Position numbers and translations under genes: made by a program
The notes under the pieces: generated by a model
What the model was told of the DNA's origin: nothing
Databases searched by the model: none
Seen by the model: the letters and a program-made list of their open reading frames with translations, nothing else
Part shown: positions 25,649 to 35,483 of the stretch, piece after piece
How positions within the stretch are numbered: position 1 is the stretch's first letter
How the letters are laid out: each line of letters opens with the position of its first letter
NCBI GenBank assembly: GCA_958009085.1
Contig: OY253687.1
Span: 620,001-684,000 of the forward strand
Length of the DNA stretch: 64,000 bases
Direction: 5' to 3'
DNA from: Protoeuglena noctilucae
Taxonomy: Eukaryota

Positions 25649-27022
25649 CTATCGTTTGGAACCTGTCGCTCGCCCGCCCCCGCCCCTCGCCAAGTACCCC
25701 AGCACAAACCCCGCGGTGAGGGACCCGACGCATATGGCGCCCGCAGCCAGCGCGGCGCGCCACTTGATGACGTCGACCGCCTCCCCAATCGGCTCAAGCA
25801 AACCACCGACGAAAGGGTCGAGGACGGGCTGGATCCAAGGCTGCAGCTGCTCGTAAGCTACCGTCGACGACCCCACCTGCGAAATGGACCCAGGAGCATC
25901 TTGCTTGCATGGGCCAACTCGGTGGGCGGATCGCGTGGGTCAGTGGCTTGGCAAAGATGGCAGATGAGCAAGACAGGACGGCGTGAAGGGACTGCGTGGG
26001 ACACGCCACGCCACTCACGCGGTCCCATGAGCTTGGCAGGCCATAGATTTTAGTCCCGTTGAGCTCCATGTACGCCCTCCCGGCCTCGTCCAGACGCACT
26101 TGCAACGTTGATGCCGTGGCGCCATTGGACCTGCCCGTGTCCGCCGATTCCGCAACTGCGCATGACATCGCACGTATCACGATTCGGCGAAGGCAGGGTC
26201 AGAGCTCAGGGTTTTATCCCCCTCAAGCCAGGGTTGCACCAACCATCGCGCCCGTCGCACCTGAAGGGGCCTTGAAGCCACCACGGTGCTGCGTCCCGTC
26301 CGCAGCCCTCCCGAGAACACACAAGGTGCTGGAGTGCTCCCCCTCTTGCACCGACGCCGCGACAGGCGCCGACCCAGACGCCCGTCCCTGCATCGACACG
26401 ACCCCGCAATGCTCAGGCTCTTCCATACCTGCCCCCCTTTCCTTTCGCTGCCAGGTCGTGCCACTTCTCCGCATCTGTCAGGCCTCACCTGCAGCCCTGG
26501 CCCCAGTGGAAGCCCCACGTAGCCGGACAGATGCCTCAAGACGCCCTCGCCAAAGGTCCTGCCGCGTCGCTTCAGCTCGGGCTCTGCGGTCGACAGCCGC
26601 GCCCGGAACTCAAGCAACGCCCGGAAGTACGCCTCGTTCGTCAGCAGAGCGAAGCTGGTCATCAAATCTCGCTTCGCCTGCGACGCGAGGGGCCACGAGG
26701 CAAGTTTGGGCCCAGAGATGCGGTCGGCACGGTGCGTGCGGCGAGGGACGGCACAGATGCATACCTCAGAGCTCCTCGACCACAGCCCCTCCACAACGTC
26801 ATCCATCTTTTTGCATTGGGCACCCCGCCATTCCGCTAGGTCGTCCAGGAGGCTCGCTGCTGCCGTTTGGAAACCTGTGTTTGGGTACCCGGCGGGCAGA
26901 GATGGCAGAGACACGCTGTCCCAGGAGGACGGGAGGCCCTGGGGCCGAATGGCGTCCCGGACCCATCGCGGCAGGCTGGAGCTGCACGAGGCTGCATCTC
27001 CGTTGCGGGTTTCCGCGCTCAT
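25649..27022 (-). CDS. Orphan tail-anchored membrane protein (5 exons) with a duplicated GLPSSWD motif
   Basis: Phase-consistent GT-AG exon chain running from MSAETRNG to ...WRAALAAGAICVGSLTAGFVLGYLARGGGGRATGSKR*; single C-terminal hydrophobic helix. Confidence 0.65.
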
Positions 27023-27327
27023 CGTCAAAGGCAACTACCAAGCAATGGATGAAATCACTTTAGCGAGCGACAAGCGGCGGCGAGACGAAGCAGCAATCCG
27101 CACCGACGACGACACAGCCAGAGATGGCGGAAAGGCACAAACAACGCGGCGACATGCCGTGCTTGGCATCCACGTTCACCACTGCGAGAGACAATTGCGT
27201 GGACCGTGCTAGGCGCCGCTCAGTGAGAGAGGTTACACGCTTCCTTGGGCGAGACCCTCGCAGCGCGCCGCCCCGCGGCTGTCCGTCGCATGCGCTGCTA
27301 GTTCCTGTTCACAGGGTTGTTGGGAGC

Positions 27328-28747
27328 ATGTCTGTCTCCCGGGCCGCCCGCGGCCTCGGCTTGTGTGGCGGCTTGGTCGCCCGATCACTGCTTGGGGGGG
27401 CTGAGGCGGCCAGGGGCGGCGGCCGCGCCGATCAGGCGTTGCTCGCTAGTCGGATAGCCTCAGCCTCGCAGGCATCCACGTCGTCGCGGCTTGAGGCCGC
27501 GCCGTGCGCCGGGTTCGAGAGGCCATGGCGGCCGCCAGCTTCGATCGCCTGGCCGGCCGGCCCATCGGCGCGTCTCTTCGCTTCCCAGAGCTGTAAGGAT
27601 AGTACGGCGAGAATCGCCGCCAAGACCGGGGCCGCCGGCGGATCCGCTGCGACCCCCGCACAGGCGGCGGCACCGCACCGCAGCAAGCGGCCCCGGGCGG
27701 TGCTGGGCGCTGGCCTGCAGGCGAGTACGGCTGACACAGAGACTAGTTGCTGCTGGACATGGTGCTCGGAGGGGCAGGACTGGCCCAAGGGCCTTGTGGC
27801 GGGTGATCGTACACTTATGCTGACTTCCCAATGAGGCCGGCGCACGCGCCGGCCGTGATTCAACAACTGGATCCAAATTGTATGACGCCACACCCTGGTT
27901 CGCCCTCTGGTGGATGCAATCGTGCCCTTGGCTGGTGTCATGAGCAGCTTCAGCCCGTCGCCCCCGCTACAATTCGCAGAAGTGGGTCGCGCGCGAATCG
28001 GCGAAGCGAGAGAGGGAGAAGCAGAGTCGGGTGTTGAGAGAGACGCAAAAGGTGCGGGAGTTTGGCAGGAATGGGATTGCGCAAGGGCGCAGCAGCCGCC
28101 CTGCACGAATCTCTGTGGCCTGTGTGGCCCTTCTGTTCCCATCGCTTTTACATCGCCTGCTTACAGGCTCGAGAGGGCGCTCCGACGCCGATGGACCTTC
28201 GCGCGGACCACGACGGGTCCCCGGAGTGGGTGCGGACAGGTCGCGTCATGGAGCCCTATTCTTTGTCCATGCAAGACAAGTTCGCGGTCGTCTACCTCAA
28301 GGGCCACCAGTACAAGGTCACCGTCGGCGATCTCATGTACGTGGACCAGATTCCTGAGCTGGACGTCAACGATCGTGTGGACCTGACTCGGGTCATGCTC
28401 CTGGGGTCCCGGCACGACACGATCATCGGCCGGCCGCTCGTGCCCGGCGCTAAGGTCACCGCAGGTGCGTCGGGGTTCGCGTGGCCCGAACATCGCCACG
28501 CGTGATGTGGCCAGAGCTGCGCGCGTCATTCCAGGCACCTGCGTGCGCCTCTGCAGTGGTGGAAGAGCACTTCCTGGACGGCAAGCGCATTATCTTCAAG
28601 TTCAAGCGACGCAAGAACTACAAGCGGTACAAGGGATTCCGCCCGTCGATGACGTCGCTGCGGGTGACGGACGTGGTGGGGATCGAGGTCCGGGCGTCGC
28701 GCGATGGGGCCGTGGAGGCCTCGCAGGAGGAGCAGTCCACGGGATAG
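27328..28747 (+). CDS. RPL21: Mitochondrial 50S ribosomal protein L21 (bL21m), 4 exons
   Basis: Arg/Ala/Ser-rich presequence; KFAVVYLKGHQYKVTVGD; VMLLGSRHDTIIGRPLVPGAKVTA|VVEEHFLDGKRIIFKFKRRKNYKR. Confidence 0.93.
27795..27892 (+). ncRNA. Candidate intronic box C/D snoRNA
   Basis: 7-bp terminal stem TGTGGCG/CGCCACA; C-like GTGATCG; D'-like ATGA; GC-rich internal hairpin; C'-like GTGATT; D-like ATGA abutting the stem; lies in bL21m intron 1 (27721-27979). Confidence 0.55.
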
Positions 28748-28877
28748 CGGCGCTCCACATCAAGCGTAGTCAGACGCACGCAACTTGGCTCGGCTTGAGC
28801 CAGACACTTCCCTATACACTCGCGCGTGCGCTGCACGATCCTAGAGCCCTCTGGCAGCCGCCTGGCAGCCGGGACGC

Positions 28878-31371
28878 TCACGCCGCTGAGAGCCGCGAGC
28901 GGTCCCGGATTTCTTGCTGGGCCGCGTGGCCCATGAGTTGAAGGAACTCGATGGTCGTCGGTGCGCCCGAGCGTGGCGCTAGCGTGTGGGCGAGGAATGG
29001 GAGTTTGCGGAGCAGCCGCCCACTGAAGCCCTCGCACGCCGACGCGACGGCCAGGAGCGCGGCGCTTAAGGAAGGCACGCCCGCGCCGGCAGCGGCCTGC
29101 AGGCACTACGGCGATGAATGGTGGTGACTTTGGCCCGGTCTGCAGCCTCAGGTCACGCGTGCGTGGGAACCCAAACCGCGGCCCAACATCTTGCGCAGCA
29201 GCGCGCGCTCATCCTGTCCCAGCACACCGGGTGACCACCTCACCTGGGCCTCGGTAGCAGCGTGATTGAAAGGCGCCAAGGAGCTCTCTGGGCGCTCCTC
29301 GCTTTCGCTCGACGCCGGCGCGGCGTCCGCCACGACGCCAGCCCGCTGGAGCTCAGCCACACAGGACCGGAGGATCTCGTACCTTGCCTGCGGAGCAAGG
29401 CAGGCGAGGGACTCAGCGCGGCCATGCAGGGGGGAGCAGACGTGGGCGGAATGAATGCTCGTGGTGTGCACGTGAGCGACCTGTAAGGGCGGGTGGCCGA
29501 TAAAGGCCTTGATGTCGGTTCGGTCCACGAAGGCGAGGTCCACGGCCTCGGTGATGTTGGACGTGGTGAGCACCATGACGTTCGACCGAGCCCGCAGGGC
29601 GTCCAGCTGAGTCAGGAGGGCGTTGACGGCGCGGATGGCGTCGCTGGGCTCGGACCCGGACACGGCCGCCTTGCGAGCCGCCGTGAGACTCTCCACCTGG
29701 GGGTAGGACGTGTGATACAGAAGTTGCTGGGAGGGGGGGTTGGCGAGGACTGACGTGCTGTTCACAGAAGATGACCAGCCACGGTGGGTGGTGAGAGCAG
29801 AGGCATGCACATGAGACACTTCACATCTGGCCTCACCTCGTCGATCAGGACAAACACCAGGACGTCTTCCTCCTCCACCATCTCCTGTGCAGGAGGTAGC
29901 GAGGGACACCGTCAGCACTTGCGTGGCGACCAATGCGATGGTCAAGATATGAAGCACCAGGCGAGCGAGGACCTGGATGCGGGCGAACAGCTTGGACACG
30001 AGCTTGCCGGATTCCGAGAACCACTTGCTGAAGAGGCTGTGCGCGTTGACCTCGACCAGCTGGCCCTGGCGGTACCGATGCGAAAGGCGGACCGACAGCT
30101 TCTGCGCCAATGCCTGGCAAAGGCTCGTCTTGCCTGTGCCTGCATGTAGAACGATGAGTCCACAGAGAGGTGTAAACATGTGCATATACTCGTAAGGCAT
30201 GGCCGGGTCAGCGCGACCAGCATGGGCAAGCGACCTGCATGGTCGGTAACGGGTGTGAGCATGAGCGGCAGTTGGGACCCAGCGCGGCAGGCGCACCTGG
30301 TGGGCCGTGGAGGAGCACGACGCGGTTCCAGGATATCAAGCCCGGGTCGACGCCCATGTCACTGAAGAGCATCGCACTCTGGGCGTACCTGCAGTCGTCA
30401 TAACGAGAGGGGTCCGCACGTGCTGCGTGCACCGCGTCAGCTCACATGGACATACCGTCGCAATATCGATAATACAAATCACCTTAGAAGTCGGTCCTTG
30501 ATGTCGATGTCGTAATGCAGGTTCTCCCATTGGCCGTGGAAGTCGCGCGAGGGCAGCTCCCACTCCCGGAACGACGGTACGCCATCCACGGCGCCCTCGT
30601 CGTCATCCGCAGGTCCCTGCGCGCATGGCAGACGCGGTTTGTGCTCGCAGCTACGCGCTATCTCTGCAGACGCGGTTTGTGCTCGCAGCTACGCGCTATC
30701 TCTGGGTGCGATCCCGAGAATGTGCTGCCTTGAAGCTTGGTTAGTATGCCACGCAGCAGGGATGGTGCGGTGTCACGAGGGCTGTGCCCTGCACCACTCC
30801 GTGTTTCCCTCGCCTCCTGTGCGAGCCGGTAGACGATTATACGGTAAGTGACGTCCCATGCCAGGAGCGGGAGCTCCACGGAGACCCTGGCGTCCACGGT
30901 GGCGATGAGCGACTCGACGTGCTCGTCCGCAAAGGGACATGACCCGCGAGGCAGCTGGAAGGGCTTGCCCACGATGCGGAGGGGCGCAGCTTGGAAGTAG
31001 CTTCGTGTGATGCGGACGTGAGAGATAACACAGCGTGGAAGTTCGCGGTTGGCAAGCACGTGGAGGTGGGCCGGACATGGGACTCGCTAGCACATTGGCG
31101 GAGGTGCATGAGGCAGTGCAGGTGCTGCTGAGGCTCACCTCTGGATGGCTGCCACGGCGTCGGCTCGGCGCACGGTGCTGGTGGGCTTCAGCACTACCTG
31201 TTGGGCAAGCGAGAGCGGAGAGCCGTCGCAACGAGAGAACGGGCACACCGCATTCGAGCCTCTGCTTTCTCACATCGCTCTGCGCGCTGCATTGCGTGGG
31301 GCTTGTTATTTCCTGACCTCAAGGTCCACCTCAACCTTGCCGTCCTGCTGACTCGAGGTGTCCATCTTCAT
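28878..31371 (-). CDS. PCH2: Pachytene checkpoint protein 2 (PCH2/TRIP13) AAA+ ATPase
   Basis: [116 protein letters not shown]. Confidence 0.95.
30628..30703. repeat. Perfect 38-bp direct tandem duplication in a PCH2 intron
   Basis: gcagacgcggtttgtgctcgcagctacgcgctatctct occurs twice in tandem. Confidence 0.9.
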
Positions 31372-31906
31372 GGTTCAGGCTATTGTTGCATGCTCATGCT
31401 ATCGCCATGCATTGGCGGATTGGCCCGCGCTGCAGTGCTGCGCTGCAGCTAGGCAAGTAATCGTGGACGGCGAGTCAGGGCCCGAGAGGCGCTGCAGTGC
31501 GCTGGGAATCCAAGTGTTAGTTGAGAATTTTCAAAGCCGTCAACAATTTAAGTCCACTGGGCCTGGAGGTGCAAAGGCGGCGGGCCCCTCGGGACTGGCG
31601 CACGCAAGAACTCGCAATTCCAGTCCTGCATTTTCCCGCGTCTTGGCGCACGCGGGATGGACCAGAATATCTGCTGTCGACTCATCGTCCTCTTCTTGGA
31701 TGATTAGCTCCATCCTCGCTGCCTGTGGCCTTGGACAAAACGCAGCAGCTGTCCCCTCCCGCGCGTTCAAAATTGGCGCTTGACCGGAGGCCATCAGACC
31801 TCCCCACCCCATCATTACCACCTTGCCTTTGACTTGACGCTGCCGGCGGTGGAGGAGGCGGTGCCGGTGGCGAGGGCCCGCGGGGCCCCTCGCGTCGCCA
31901 CGAAAA

Positions 31907-34900
31907 ATGGACTACTCGCGGACCCAGCCCATCACCTGCGAGACCTATGAGACATGCGACCCTATCAGCAACCTGCGCTTCAGCGTCAGCCTGAGAAAAG
32001 TCCGCAGGGCGGCGGAGGTCACCGTGCAGGAGCGCAACACGGTGACGCTCGCGCGCCGCGCGGTGTCGCGACGTCGGCGTGCTTGCGCGCGTCGGCGCAT
32101 GACATACGAGAGCTCTGAGCATGTCTCGCTAGTGTCAGCAGTCGTAAGCGCACTTTCGGGCGTCGGCTTCGCTCAACAGTCTCTCTGAACTTTGCGCCCG
32201 CAGCCCGGCGAGACCTCGCAGCTGGACCCCGCGGCGCTTCGTGCCAAGAACGAGAAGGGCCAGTTCGAAGTGACGCTCAGCTGGCAGCAGAAGTTGAGGC
32301 TCCCGCGGGCCGCGAGTGCCCCATGTGGGCACATCCATCACCCATTGGCGACTTTGGGACGGAGTCCCGGCTAAACATGTGGGCTTCAGCAGGCATTTTG
32401 TACTCGTTGTGCTATCACGCAGATCCTCGGGGCTCGGCACGAGGCGGATGAGGCGGAGGAGCTGCAGCAGGGTCCCGAGGGCGGGGCTCCCCCCGAGCAA
32501 CGCCGAGACCGGCCGCGGGACAGGACTCCGATATTCACGTACATCGACTCGGACGATTTCACGCGCGTCGCGGCCCTCGCGGAGTCTCCCACGACGTCCG
32601 GGCCCCCAAGCTATGTTGCGGAGCAGCTGCGGTACGGGCTGCGGGGCTGGCACGGGGTCGTCAAGTTCCAATCGATGTACGTGATGCTCGACACGGCGGA
32701 GGACGAGAAGGACCCGTCCGAAGAAATCCTCTGCTGCATCCGGGCCTTCACCGACGGCACGTTCGAGATGACGCCGGGGTTCAGCCGGCCGGGGGCTTGG
32801 TACAGGATCGAGTCCAAGCACGGCACGCTGGTGAGGCACCAGCCGGTTCGTGTTTTTGCTGAAGAATGCGCTTGGATGGGGCCCTTCTGTGACGCACCCT
32901 GACCTGCCATGCCCTTTCGAGCCATCCCCATGCTTGTCCATCCATACCTTCCCTCCCCTTCCTCTCCTCGCTCACTGCCCCGTGCCCACCGCCCCACATC
33001 CCGCTCACCCGACACACCCGACACATGAACCTCCCACCCACTCCGCCCACCGCCCCAGTACGAGTTTCGAGTCACGAATGTCTCCCGCGCCGAGCCCAGC
33101 GAGGTGCAGCGGCGGCAGGAGCAACTGGAGGCCGACCTGGTCGACCGCGCCCGGCGCATCAAGAAGTCTCAGATGGGAGGCCGCTTCCAGGCCCCGCCAG
33201 GCGACGAGCGTGGCGCGGCGCAGGTGGCGCTGATGCTGGAGATTGTGAGCGCCACGGGCTTCGATGGGGAGAGCCTCTACGTCAACTACGAGCTGCGGCA
33301 CGACGAGGAGGCCTGGGCGGCCGTCAGCGACCCGGGGGAGGCCCCGCCGCCCGCCTGCGGGTCCACCCAAGTCAGCCGCGCCTGCGCATACCCCCCGGAC
33401 CCCCTTTCCTGCGACCCCGCGCCGCGCGTCGCGCACTTCGCCACCCCCGTGGAGGCCGTGCTGCAGAGCCGGGGCCTGGTGCCCCAGTCCCGCTGGCCCG
33501 TGCTCTACTTACACGTCTGCTCCCTCGACTCGTACGGCCGCTACCGCACCGAGGGCTACGCCCACCTGCCCCTGACTCAGGCCCTCGAGGGGTCCCACGA
33601 CATGCGCCTCCGGACCTGGCGACCGTGGCCGACCCCGCGGCAGAGGCGAGCGGCTGCGCTGCGCTGTGCGACACTGCGTCACAGGGGTAGCAACGGGGTG
33701 CCTGGTGCAGCAGTGGAGGTTGTCAGCGTTACGTGATCCTGCCACCCGCGACTGGACCTTTCTTGACCTCTTTCATGGAGTCACGTCCTCAGCGCAACGT
33801 GGTCCTCGAGCCTCGACGTGACCACACATGCTGTGCTGTGCATCGCAGGCTTGAGGAGTTCTTCATCGGAGGTTCGCTGGAGCTGGAGGACATGTCTTCC
33901 GTGGGGATTCCATCCACATTCCGCGGGACCTTCCTCAGCAAGTTCGGGTTCAAGACGGAGAGCTCAGGGACCGTGCGGGTGCGGGTCAACATGGCTGTGC
34001 AACAGAAGCGCAAGGCGGACAAGAGGCAGATGCGCCTGCAGCAGGTGAGCGTAGTGAAGGGGTGGAGGGTTAGGGTTGGCAGGGTGCATGCCAGGTGCAT
34101 CTGAGGGGCAGTGAGAGGACCAGGGCCGCGGCTGCGGTTCGCTTATGAGCTGGGAAGCAGTGCCGCGCAGTCGTGAACGATCGAGGGTCAGATGGTGCAG
34201 CGACGCAGCGTGTCTCTCCGTACCACGTGCAGGCAGTGGCGCAAGCGTCGCAGCCGCTGGTGGTCACGGCGGCCCGGGCCAAGATTAATGAGGTCGTCGA
34301 GCGCGCGAGGCGGCGGTTGGAGCTGGCGCGTGGCGGCCCGGCGGGGGTGCCCGAGGAGATCATTTCCGAACTAGTACGTCGCAAGTTCGATCCTCCCAAG
34401 ATATACGGCCACCCGCACCCGTGGGTGGGGGCCGAGGGAGAGCAGGCCGTGCTGGAGGTGCAAGCGTACGGGCGCAAGCCCCTACTGTACCAGGCGAGGC
34501 TCACGAGGCGTCATGGGGTGGGGCTGCCTGGTCACCATCCACGCCGCCTGTCATCCAATATGCGGTTGGGCCGATCGGTGTTATCAGCGTCCGTGTATGT
34601 GAGTTAGCAGGTCCACTGATGATGATGTCATTGCGCCATCGTGTCGCAGTGGTTCCTGAACGGGCAGCGCCTGGAGGGCGCGGAGGGCCCGCGGCTGACC
34701 ATCGCCGCGGTGCGGTTGCGGGACGTCGGGGTTTACCACTGCCGTGTGGCCAACGCGGACGGGTCCACCAGCTCGCGCCAGGCCAACGTGCGGCTGCGGA
34801 GGCCCGGGGAGGACGACATCGACGACTGGCTGGCGCGTGCCCGGGCCGCGGGGCGTGCCATGCCAGAGGCGTCTCACCCGCTGCGGGGAGCGTCCAAGGG

Positions 34901-35384
34901 GCCCCTGGCGATGGAGCTAGCCGTGGAGGCGGCGCTGGGGTCCATGGCGTCGGGGTCGCTGCAGCCGCTGCCGCCCTTGAGCGCCGCGTTGGGCGGCGAC
35001 GACCGGCGCGCGTCTACGTCCATGTCCGGGGCGCCCCCGCCGGGGAGCTCTCCGCTGGCCGCAGCGCTGGCGGCCACGTCACAGCCGGCGTCGCGCCCGC
35101 TGCCGCCACTGCCGGGGTCAGGCCCCGGGCCCGCGCCCTTGGCCGTCGCAGCGGCGACGTTGTTACCCGCCGCGAGCATGGCCATGCCGGGATCGCCCCT
35201 CCCACGGCCCCACAGCGCCCTCGGCCTGGCCCCTGGCGTCTCCGCAAGCATCGCGGGCTCTCGGCCGGACAGCCCGGCCCGGGGCGGCCCGCTGAGCCTG
35301 GCTGCGGCGCCCTCCCGGCCGGCTTCGGCGAGCGGTGGCGGAGGCACCTCTGCGCTGGCGGCTGCGCTGGCGAGGGAGCGGTAG
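31907..35384 (+). CDS. MKS1: Meckel syndrome type 1 (B9/C2 ciliary transition-zone) protein with a C-terminal Ig-like domain
   Basis: DPISNLRFSVSL; LSWQQK; IFTYIDSDD; EIVSATGFDGESLYVNY; WPVLYLHVCSLDSYGRYRTEGY; TWRP; LEEFFIGGSLELED; LSKFGFKTESSGTVRVR. Confidence 0.9.
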
Positions 35385-35483
35385 CCAGTCGGCGTCAGAG
35401 CACGTTTCGCTGCCAGTGCCTGCACGGCGTTGTCTTTCGTACATCTGCGTTCAATCACGCGTGAGAAGAGAAAGCCTCTTGCC

